This document shows, piece by piece, positions 56,118 through 64,000 of a stretch of DNA of 64,000 nt. The stretch is from Nitrospirota bacterium (GTDB lineage: Bacteria > JACPQY01): the NCBI GenBank assembly GCA_016180645.1, contig JACPAV010000002.1:1-64000 (forward strand), read 5' to 3'. Each line of letters opens with the position of its first letter. Position 1 is the stretch's first letter. The notes under the pieces are model-generated. The model did not search any database. It had not been told where the DNA came from and worked only from the letters and a program-made list of their open reading frames with translations. Made by a program: the position numbers and the translations under genes.

Positions 56118-56309
56118 TCAGGCAGCCAGGGATTCGCTTTCGCCGTTGCTTTCTTCTCGAACGGTTTTGCGAGACCGAAAACGCTGCACGAACCACTTGG
56201 GAAGGATCCGCCTTTTCCGGCTTGAATCCCACCAGAAATACCCAACCAACAGAGTGGTGTAGGCAAACATGGCGCTGAACATCAGACCCATGTTATCCCA
56301 TGACCACAT
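56118..56309 (-). CDS. Small single-TM protein (63 aa)
   Basis: RBS aaagggggc; upstream TTGACA-17-AAATAT; hydrophobic N-terminus, basic stretch, C-terminal SLAA. Confidence 0.55.
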   Translation of the reverse strand: MWSWDNMGLMFSAMFAYTTLLVGYFWWDSSRKRRILPKWFVQRFRSRKTVREESNGESESLAA

Positions 56310-56615
56310 GTGAGCCCCCTTTCTTATCTAGGATGTCCATGCGGACATATTTGCATATCACGCGTGATCTGTCAAGCGACGTATATCACAATTCACAGGT
56401 GCGACTGATCAGGGTGTTTTGGGGGTCAGGAAAGTCCGGGATATGTGATCATGTGGTCATGGAATCAGGGGGTCATCTGGAGGAGACGACCCATCGAGGT
56501 TCATCGCTCCCTATGGATCGCCCGGTCAAGTACTCCCCTCATGAATGACGGCGAATTTGACCAATGCGCCAAACCAGCCGAAAATGCGGTCGTGTCTTCG
56601 AATATCGCGCTTCCC

Positions 56616-58292
56616 ATGAACGCCATGATCAAGGCTACATTCCTCGCCGCGGTTCTACTCATCGCGGGTTCGAATCGCGAAGCGGGAGCCGCTCCCACCA
56701 TGGACGAACTCGTCCAGCAGTTCGAGGCCCAGATCGATGCCTGGGACGTCGCGGCCGCATCGTCCACCCTCAAGACTCTGGATGCTTCCGCGACGCCGGA
56801 ACATCAGGCCTCACTCCGAAGTCTAAGGTCCATCCTCGCGTTCTATTCCGGCGACTACCGGCAGGCTCGTTCCCTTCTCGATCAGGCGCGCGACCCGGAG
56901 CAGATCAAGGACGGAGGATTCTCCCTCGCCGAGGTCATCCGCAAGACGGAGGAGGCCTTTCGAGAATCGCCCCAGACCCGATTCGGACACTTTGAGGCAC
57001 GATACAAACCGGGGGTGGACGTCGTTCTCGTGGGCGATCTTTTCGCCGAGTTGGAAGACGCCTATCGCTTCTTTGAAAAACTTCTCGGCTTCAGTCCCGA
57101 CGCGCCGATCCGAGTCGAGGTGTTCTCGGACTACGACGCCTTCCGCCACGCCACCACGCTGACCGAAAAGGATCTCGAAGTCTCGGGAGCGGTTGGCGTA
57201 TGCAAATTCAACAAGCTCATGGTGCTGAGTCCCCGGCTGCTCCTCCGTGGCTACCGATACCTCAACACCGCCGTGCACGAGTACGTGCATTTCCTCGTCT
57301 ATCACCTCACCCGCAACAATGCGCCCGTCTGGCTGCACGAAGGCATCGCCTCGTATCTCGAAGACCTGTTCGATCGCGAGCGTGGATCGAAGAATCCGGG
57401 CGCCATCGGGCCGGATGCGTTCCGCTCGCGATTGCAACCTTCGAGCGAAACCCTGCTCGCCACCGCCGTCCAGAACAACACGCTGATCCCGTATTCCCGG
57501 ATGCACCCCTCCCTCGTGAAATTGGATACGCGGGAGGAAGTGGCCCTCGCGTTCGCCCAAGTTCAGGTGGCCGTGGAATTTTTGATGACGCGCACCGAGG
57601 GCAAGGGGCTGGGTCGCCTCCTCAAGGCATTGGGCGAGGGAAAGGAACTCTCCGCAGCACTTCAGCAGGTGGTGGGCCTCGATCTAACTTCCTTTGAGCT
57701 GGCCGTGAAGGAATCGCTCTTGCAGCGTGGACTCAAGGCGATCCCCGGGATGGAAGCGCCCAGTCTCACACTCAAGAGGGACGGATCGACGGGGACGGAC
57801 GAGGATCTCGAATGGCGGGAGGTGGAGCACAAGCAGGCACGGGAGTTCACCCGTTTGGGCGATCTGCTCAAGAGCCGGAGCCAGTTCCCCGCTGCCGTGA
57901 TCGAATATCAAAAGGCGCGCGAAAAGGAATCCTACTCGGCCATCATTCTGAACAAGCTGGGGCAATCCCAGCTTCTCGCCGGTCAGCCGGGGGACGCCAT
58001 TCGGACGCTGGAGGAATGCCGCGAGTTGTATCCCGACTTCTCGACGACCTACTACGCACTGGGCGAAGCCCATCTGGCCGGGAACGACATCGAGAAGGCG
58101 GTGACGAGCTACGTCGAAGTCACCCGGATCAACCCGTTCCATACGGTGGCGTGGCAGCGGTTGGCGGATCTGTTCGCCAAGACGGGCCGGAAGGACGAGG
58201 CACAACGCGCATCTGAGAAGCTTCGTATCTTATCCGCTGCGGATCGCGCGCCCGCCGCGGATCGTGGTTCCTCGAGGCCGGCCAAGCGTTGA
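56616..58292 (+). CDS. Secreted TPR protein with peptidase MA-like (HEXXH) domain
   Basis: Signal peptide; AVHEYVH...APVWLHEGIASY.E; C-terminal TPRs. Confidence 0.85.
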   Translation: MNAMIKATFLAAVLLIAGSNREAGAAPTMDELVQQFEAQIDAWDVAAASSTLKTLDASATPEHQASLRSLRSILAFYSGDYRQARSLLDQARDPEQIKDGGFSLAEVIRKTEEAFRESPQTRFGHFEARYKPGVDVVLVGDLFAELEDAYRFFEKLLGFSPDAPIRVEVFSDYDAFRHATTLTEKDLEVSGAVGVCKFNKLMVLSPRLLLRGYRYLNTAVHEYVHFLVYHLTRNNAPVWLHEGIASYLEDLFDRERGSKNPGAIGPDAFRSRLQPSSETLLATAVQNNTLIPYSRMHPSLVKLDTREEVALAFAQVQVAVEFLMTRTEGKGLGRLLKALGEGKELSAALQQVVGLDLTSFELAVKESLLQRGLKAIPGMEAPSLTLKRDGSTGTDEDLEWREVEHKQAREFTRLGDLLKSRSQFPAAVIEYQKAREKESYSAIILNKLGQSQLLAGQPGDAIRTLEECRELYPDFSTTYYALGEAHLAGNDIEKAVTSYVEVTRINPFHTVAWQRLADLFAKTGRKDEAQRASEKLRILSAADRAPAADRGSSRPAKR

Positions 58293-58314
58293 GAAGACCG
58301 GGCAAATGTGATAG

Positions 58315-59400
58315 GTGAGCCGCATGTCCCAGTCCGCCATGCCCGCTGAAGGTTCAGTCCGCCCGGAGGCGTCGAGTCCATCGGCCGCCGATTCCGAGGA
58401 ATTGGTAGGCCGGCTCCGGCAGAAGAAAGACCGAATTCTGGCGGAGGTGGAAAAAGTCATTCTCGGCCAGCGGGAAGTGATGGATCTCCTGCTCACGGCG
58501 GTTTTCTCACGCGGTCATTCCTTGTTCGTCGGCGTGCCCGGTCTGGCGAAAACGCTCATGGTCAATACGCTCGCCCAAGTCATGGATCTCCGGTTTCAGC
58601 GCATTCAATTCACGCCGGACCTCATGCCCTCCGACATCACCGGCACGGAGGTCCTGGAGGAGGACGTGACGGTGGGAAAACGGGTATTCCGCTTCATCCG
58701 CGGCCCCATCTTCACGAACATTCTGCTCGCGGACGAGATCAACCGCACCCCCCCCAAAACCCAGGCCGCGCTCCTTCAAGCCATGCAGGAGTTCAAAGTC
58801 ACGGCCGGTGGAGAAACGTATCCCATCGAACAGCCGTTCCTGGTGTTCGCCACCCAGAATCCCATCGAGCAGGAAGGCACGTACCCTCTGCCTGAAGCCC
58901 AGCTCGACCGCTTCATGCTCCACATCGACGTGCTCTATCCCTCCACGGAAACCGAGATGGAAATCGTGAAAGCCACAACCGGTCAGAGTGCGCCGGAGCT
59001 GCAGAAAGTGATCAGCCTGCCCGAAGTCCTGGATCTCCAGAACCTGGTCCGGCGGGTGCCGGTGCCGGATCACACGGTGGAATATGCCGTGCGGCTGGTG
59101 GCTCACACACGGCCGGACGGCAAGATCAACCGGGGGAATGGGAAGCACGAGATGCGGTCTCTCAGCTATGTGAACGAATGGGTCAGTTGGGGCGCCAGTC
59201 CCCGCGCCAGTCAGTACCTCATCGTGGGCGCCAAGGCACGGGCACTCCTCGATGGCCGCCCGTATGCGGCGATCGAGGACGTGCGAGCACTCGCCATGCC
59301 GGTGCTCAAGCACCGCATCATTTTGAACTTCAAGGCGGAAGCCGAAGGGGTTCGAAGCGAGACGCTCATCCAGAGAATTCTGGATGAGGTGAAGAGCTAG
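58315..59400 (+). CDS. moxR: MoxR-family AAA+ ATPase
   Basis: GVPGLAKT, RIQFTPDLMPSDITG, LLADEINRTPPKTQAALL, ATQNPIEQEGTYPLPEAQLDRF. Confidence 0.95.
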   Translation: MSRMSQSAMPAEGSVRPEASSPSAADSEELVGRLRQKKDRILAEVEKVILGQREVMDLLLTAVFSRGHSLFVGVPGLAKTLMVNTLAQVMDLRFQRIQFTPDLMPSDITGTEVLEEDVTVGKRVFRFIRGPIFTNILLADEINRTPPKTQAALLQAMQEFKVTAGGETYPIEQPFLVFATQNPIEQEGTYPLPEAQLDRFMLHIDVLYPSTETEMEIVKATTGQSAPELQKVISLPEVLDLQNLVRRVPVPDHTVEYAVRLVAHTRPDGKINRGNGKHEMRSLSYVNEWVSWGASPRASQYLIVGAKARALLDGRPYAAIEDVRALAMPVLKHRIILNFKAEAEGVRSETLIQRILDEVKS

Positions 59401-59417
59401 GCCGTTGTCAGCTTTCA

Positions 59418-59474
59418 GTAGGGGAGCAGCCTTGGCTGCTCCCGATGAGGGAGGACCTGAAGGTCCTCCTCTAC
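59418..59474. repeat. REP doublet, diverged family B copy
   Basis: gtaggggagcagccttggctgctccc...gggaggacctgaaggtcctcctctac. Confidence 0.75.
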
Positions 59475-59512
59475 GAAGCTGAACACTTTCCTACTGATGG
59501 TTGAATGCTTGC

Positions 59513-61687
59513 CTAATTGCTGAAGACGATCTTTTCCGTGAGGGTGTTTTCTTTCCGGTCCTTGACCTTGATGACCAGCGTGTGTTCGCCCTGACCGGGC
59601 ACGGGAAGCGTTACGTCGAACTTCTCCGCGTTCGAGTCCGCGATTCGATCGACCGGATAGACCAGCTCCCACTCCTGCGAATCCAGCGCCACCTCGGCGG
59701 CATCCACGGCCGTGGTCCGGTCCACCGTTTCGAATTCGATGCGCACGCCATTGGCGCCCACGGCGTGCTTGAGCGACCGGATTTCCGGGGGCGTGTTATC
59801 GATTTCGATCGGAGACGACACCACTTCTCCGGTGAGGGCCTGATCCCGCGGATTGCTCGCGCGGTCGCCGGCTATGATCTTCACGAAGTACACGCCGTCC
59901 GGGACAACGGAAATGTCCCACCGGTAGGTGGGGCGGGTCCAATCTTTCTGGATTTCCTTCCAGGCTGATTCCTCCTGACCCCGCATCAGGAGATCGTAGG
60001 TCAGGTTATCGCCGTCCGGATCCGAGGCCTTCCAGGAAAGATCGAGAAAACTGATTTTGGCCGCTTCCGGTTGGGGCGGCATGCCCGGCTGGAGCCCCGG
60101 CGTAAATCCCTGGGCGGGGGACCCACCGGCGCCCGGCGAGGCCGCCCCCCCCCCGATTTGAGCCCGCACGGATCTCGTCGGCTGGACTTCCTTCACGGAG
60201 AGGCCCTGAATTTGCGGAGCGGCGTTTTTGGTCAGGTAATTGGCGCGAACTTGCAGGAGGGAGACCGGCTCCTTCGATTTCTCGAATTCGACTTTCCATT
60301 GGAAGAATCGGGCGGGAGCCAGCGACGTCTGGCCGTTCTTCAACAAGGTCCAATCGGACCAATCCTCCCCCGGGCGCTCCGTGTTTCCCCCGCGAACCGA
60401 AAATCTCAGTCCCTTTTCCACCCGATGGGGACGGCTGCGCCATTCGACCTTGCCCCAATACGATACGCGTTGCGCATCGAAGGCCTCCGAAAAGTACGCC
60501 CCCTTGGACGCGGGCTCACCCCCGACTCGGTACACGGCTGAACCATGACTGGTAATCACGGACCAGCCTTGGGAATCGAGAGGGAGGATGGCCACGACTT
60601 CCTCCTCCTGCCCTTGGAAGATCAAACTCTTGGAGAATTCGGGACCCGACATGCCGAGGAGCCTCGCCTTCCCTCCCCCAAGGCCCAGGACGACCTCGGA
60701 ACCGGCGGCGGAGAGCGCAAAGGGCAGGTCGTCGCCATCCCAGATCGGAAACACGAAACCATCGGGGTCGATCCGGACCACTTGGTGTTTTTTGGGCGTG
60801 CTTTTCGATCCCGCGTTCCATCGGCGGGTCTCGGTGGGACTCGGTTCACCCAGGATGTCCTCCGCATCGGACGCATTCGTCGCCGACCCGGACGAAACTG
60901 ATTTCGAACCTCCGGCGGCACCCGACCGGAGGCCTACCAGCGCCGCATAGAGTGAGCCTTTGGAGTCCTGGGCCAGGGCGCGAACTTCTTCGCGATCCGA
61001 ATCGAGGATAACGGAACGCTTTCCCTTGGCCGGAACACGGTAGATCCGACCCGGCCCGGAGCAGCCGACGATCAGGGATCCGTCGGCCTGCGGGACGAGC
61101 GTGGAGACGTGGTCCTCCTTCCCCTCGAACACGAGCTGGGAATCCCCCTTGGAGGTCACCCGGTAGAGCTTCGCCGGCGAGCCCGTGCCGATCCACACAC
61201 CTCCATCGGGGGCGGGTCGCATCGCCCACACATACGATTCCGCAGGATCAAAGACGACTGTGCCCTCCGCCTTCTCCCCTTTTCCGAGCGGAACGCGATA
61301 CACCTTTCCATCCGGGCTCGATCCCGCCCAAAGCTCCCCTGACGTCAACGCCACCGCATAGACGAAGGGATCGGGCGCCTTGAAAATCAACGAGGAGGAG
61401 CCGTCCGCACCAACCCTCCAAACCTCACCTTGATCGCCTCCCGAAAGGTAGACCGTCTGAGATTTCGGATCGGCCGCGGCGGCCCACACCTGAGGCATTT
61501 TCAATTCGGCGATCCGGCGCACGTCCCGCCCAAGGCGAAGTTCACCGTCTTCCGTGATCTCGACCGATTCGACCTCGCCGCCCAGGAAGTCCTGGAAACT
61601 TTCGAGGACCCATTTTTGCGGCTCCGCGGCGAAGGCCGACCGACCCAGAAAGACAAACAAAACGGAAAATACCGAAAGCTTGTTCAA
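59513..61687 (-). CDS. Secreted beta-propeller protein with C-terminal Ig/FN3-like domains
   Basis: Signal ending AFA; repeated W..T...GK.YRV blades; W.ASDPDGDNL.Y, PDGVY, IDNTPP. Confidence 0.75.
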   Translation of the reverse strand: MNKLSVFSVLFVFLGRSAFAAEPQKWVLESFQDFLGGEVESVEITEDGELRLGRDVRRIAELKMPQVWAAAADPKSQTVYLSGGDQGEVWRVGADGSSSLIFKAPDPFVYAVALTSGELWAGSSPDGKVYRVPLGKGEKAEGTVVFDPAESYVWAMRPAPDGGVWIGTGSPAKLYRVTSKGDSQLVFEGKEDHVSTLVPQADGSLIVGCSGPGRIYRVPAKGKRSVILDSDREEVRALAQDSKGSLYAALVGLRSGAAGGSKSVSSGSATNASDAEDILGEPSPTETRRWNAGSKSTPKKHQVVRIDPDGFVFPIWDGDDLPFALSAAGSEVVLGLGGGKARLLGMSGPEFSKSLIFQGQEEEVVAILPLDSQGWSVITSHGSAVYRVGGEPASKGAYFSEAFDAQRVSYWGKVEWRSRPHRVEKGLRFSVRGGNTERPGEDWSDWTLLKNGQTSLAPARFFQWKVEFEKSKEPVSLLQVRANYLTKNAAPQIQGLSVKEVQPTRSVRAQIGGGAASPGAGGSPAQGFTPGLQPGMPPQPEAAKISFLDLSWKASDPDGDNLTYDLLMRGQEESAWKEIQKDWTRPTYRWDISVVPDGVYFVKIIAGDRASNPRDQALTGEVVSSPIEIDNTPPEIRSLKHAVGANGVRIEFETVDRTTAVDAAEVALDSQEWELVYPVDRIADSNAEKFDVTLPVPGQGEHTLVIKVKDRKENTLTEKIVFSN

Positions 61688-61696
61688 ACCGTCACC

Positions 61697-63481
61697 TCAT
61701 TTCAGGGAGGACTGCACGTGAAGGAGGAGCTCTTTCTCACCGCGAACGTAGAAGGCCGTTTTCACCGACTCTTGCTTGATCACGGATCCGGTCACGATGG
61801 GCGCCTCGGTCCGATCGCGATCGGATTGAAGGAGTTCATATACCGAGGGTGGAAGATTCTCCAGGCGGCGTCCGCCGGTGCGCACCCCGGAGGAAGCCCG
61901 CTCGAGGCGAACGTAGATCTGGCGGGCATCGTAGGTCTTTCTGAGCTGGATTAGAATGGACGGGAGGGTGGATCCGGCCTCGCCGATCCCGGTCCAATCG
62001 GAGCGTTCGGCGGCCAGGGCATCGGTCACCCGAAGCGTGTAGTCGCCCGGTTCGATGTCGGCGGGCAGGGTGAACGGATGGGTCAATTCGCTTCGCCCCT
62101 TCCTTCCCGCGCGAAGGACGATTTCCAGTGGAAGCTTTTCCCCCGCTCGCACGTCAGAACGAGGCATGCGGATTCGGTCCAGCACGGCCGACTGATCCCC
62201 CTTGTTCGCCTGCACGTTCAGCTCGATTCCCTGCACGCGGAGGGGCTTGTAGGGGTTGCGGAGAAGCCAGCCGATGGTTTGGGAGACATCGCCGACGACA
62301 TCGGTAAGCGCGAAGTCGCCCGACCGGAAGATTTCCACCGGCACCGCTTCTTCCCCCTCGATCCGAATCGCGCCGCGGGCGTCGATCGTGACGGGGCTCG
62401 ACATCCCGGTGCTGAGCATGATGAGGTTCCCCACCGTCATCTGCAATAGCGCCGGGGTCAGCACGATGTGCTCCACGACGTCGAAATGGTAGGTCTGGCC
62501 GCCGTTGACGGTGACCCGCACTTTCACCGTCGGCGCGGATCGCCGCAGGAGGCCGACGATGCCGGTCGACTGGTCCCGCGTCCACGCCCCGACCGTTTCA
62601 CCGTCGGACGTAATCTTGTACGAAAGGGCCTGGCCGGGCACGACGGTGAGCACCCGCGAGGGGGCCAAGGGAAAATTGACGTCGCCACCCCACATGAACG
62701 GATGGCCGAAGGCGAGAATTCGATCTTTGTCGATGAAGGTCAGCGTACCCGACGCGCTCATGCTGATGTCGCCGGAGACGAGCCGGGCCGAGATGGAGGA
62801 ACCGGGTTCAAGATTCCCCCCCCCCGCGCCGTCCGACCCGGATCCGGCGAGCACCGGGTAGAAGCCGAGCCTCTCGAAATCACCACGGAACAACCGGAGA
62901 ATTTCGGGGTGAAAGCCGCTCATCGCCAAGGGCGTTTCGATGGGAATCACGCCTCCCGGATCAAAGACCCCTTTTCCCGTGGCCGTCGCCGCGGGTGCGT
63001 TCCGCTCCTGGATTTCCTGGGGAGGCAGCGGCCGAATTAGCCCGGGAGTCGCAGTGGGCTCGGCGGCGCCCGGCTCGGCCATACCTTCAAACAGGTCCAG
63101 CATGTCCTGGATCGGTGTGATGCCGGCGATGGGCCTCCGGGGAAACGCCCCGAACCGATACGCGAGCGCGCCGACGAGCTTGCCCTCGATGTAGACCGGA
63201 CTGCCGCTCATGCCGGCGATGACCCCCGCTTCATCCACCGCCTTGCCGCTCACCTCGGCCAGAATCAAACTGCGTTTGGGAGCGTAGTTTCGAAGAACAT
63301 CGATCACTTCGACTTGGAATTCCTCGATGGCGGTGCCTTTGAAAACGGTTTTGCCCACCCCCTTCATGCCGGGTTTGACTTGGTCGAGCGGAAAAATGGG
63401 CTCGGCGGTGCCAGCCCAAGCGGAAAGCCATGAGCCATGAGCCAGGAAGACACAGAGACACGCGATCCACTTGTACCTCAT
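61697..63481 (-). CDS. SpoIVB peptidase S55-domain protein
   Basis: GMKGVGKTVF.G...EEF.VEV, AGVIAGMSGSPVYIEGKLVGA, AFGHPF. Confidence 0.88.
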   Translation of the reverse strand: MRYKWIACLCVFLAHGSWLSAWAGTAEPIFPLDQVKPGMKGVGKTVFKGTAIEEFQVEVIDVLRNYAPKRSLILAEVSGKAVDEAGVIAGMSGSPVYIEGKLVGALAYRFGAFPRRPIAGITPIQDMLDLFEGMAEPGAAEPTATPGLIRPLPPQEIQERNAPAATATGKGVFDPGGVIPIETPLAMSGFHPEILRLFRGDFERLGFYPVLAGSGSDGAGGGNLEPGSSISARLVSGDISMSASGTLTFIDKDRILAFGHPFMWGGDVNFPLAPSRVLTVVPGQALSYKITSDGETVGAWTRDQSTGIVGLLRRSAPTVKVRVTVNGGQTYHFDVVEHIVLTPALLQMTVGNLIMLSTGMSSPVTIDARGAIRIEGEEAVPVEIFRSGDFALTDVVGDVSQTIGWLLRNPYKPLRVQGIELNVQANKGDQSAVLDRIRMPRSDVRAGEKLPLEIVLRAGRKGRSELTHPFTLPADIEPGDYTLRVTDALAAERSDWTGIGEAGSTLPSILIQLRKTYDARQIYVRLERASSGVRTGGRRLENLPPSVYELLQSDRDRTEAPIVTGSVIKQESVKTAFYVRGEKELLLHVQSSLK

Positions 63482-63502
63482 CGCTTTTTCCTCATCGCTA
63501 CC

Positions 63503-63601
63503 AAGAGCCTCTGACAGAATGCCGATTCGTAGGGGAGCATCTTCAGATGCTCCCTCTTGTCGGGAGGGTCTGAAGACCCTCCCCTACGCATTCTGTTAGA
63601 C
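63503..63601. repeat. 99-bp REP-doublet/MITE-like element, family B copy 2
   Basis: 97/99 identical to 29741-29839. Confidence 0.9.
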
Positions 63602-63620
63602 ATGTAGAATCCGCCCTTCG

Positions 63621-64000
63621 ATGGCTTACGATGTGATCGTTGTTGGGGCCGGGCACGCCGGGTGCGAAGCCGCGCTTGCGGCGGCGCGAATGGACTGCTC
63701 CACGCTGCTGGTAACGCTCTCGCGGGAGGCCATCGCCCGGATGAGCTGCAACCCGTCCATCGGCGGAATCGGAAAAGGCCACCTCGTGAAGGAAATCGAC
63801 GCGTTGGGCGGCGAGATGGGCCGGAACACGGACAAGGCCGGGATTCAGTTCCGGCGGCTCAACATGAGCAAAGGCCCCGCCGTTCGCGGCACCCGCGCGC
63901 AGTGCGACCGCGGTCTCTATCACCTCTTCATGCGCCGGACGATCGAATCCCAGCCCGGGCTGACCGTGGTCGAGACTTCCGCCGAAGGTTTCCTCTTGCG
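63621..64000 (+). CDS. mnmG: tRNA uridine-5-carboxymethylaminomethyl modification enzyme, 3'-truncated by the window edge
   Basis: My translation: [23 protein letters not shown]...[24 protein letters not shown]...[18 protein letters not shown]. Confidence 0.97.
   Translation, partial: MAYDVIVVGAGHAGCEAALAAARMDCSTLLVTLSREAIARMSCNPSIGGIGKGHLVKEIDALGGEMGRNTDKAGIQFRRLNMSKGPAVRGTRAQCDRGLYHLFMRRTIESQPGLTVVETSAEGFLL

Noticed and set aside
56100-56320. tmRNA, suggested by a reading frame ending in LAA
   Set aside because: No tRNA-like 5' GGGG or 3' TCCACCA ends; the frame has its own ATG and RBS.

Overview
A GC-rich bacterial chromosomal segment. Gene content (ilvB-ilvN-ilvC-psd-pssA-leuA, DUF465, a giant kinase/sigma-54 activator fusion, FHA-GGDEF) resembles deltaproteobacteria-like lineages; this is an inference. 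Core genes are a FliG_C-like gene with motA/motB, a SulP transporter, copA, merT/merP-like genes, tolQ, the ilv/leu/phospholipid operon, tgt, mtgA, an M23 peptidase, moxR and a partial mnmG. I saw no rRNA, tRNA, CRISPR array, integrase or transposase. Most notable observations: (1) a tightly packed minus-strand operon (5174-12262) with three large secreted/lipoprotein paralogues sharing an (S/G)PGGCGG N-terminus, a Thr/Pro linker and an invariant LEPLPGAPPR motif, followed by an FHA protein and a glycosyltransferase. This is a candidate new proteolytically matured surface-polymer system. (2) Dispersed palindromic repeats that sit in frame inside tgt, psd and copA, and apparently bracket cargo genes: an acyltransferase lies between the two arms of an inverted repeat whose empty form is at 32315-32363. 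(3) A ~5 kb island splitting psd from pssA, encoding a C8-frameshifted multidomain M4/M36-like metalloprotease and a putative emfourin-like inhibitor. (4) A promoter segment bracketed by inverted repeats at 56295-56465. All domain calls come from motif recognition by eye; no database search was run.
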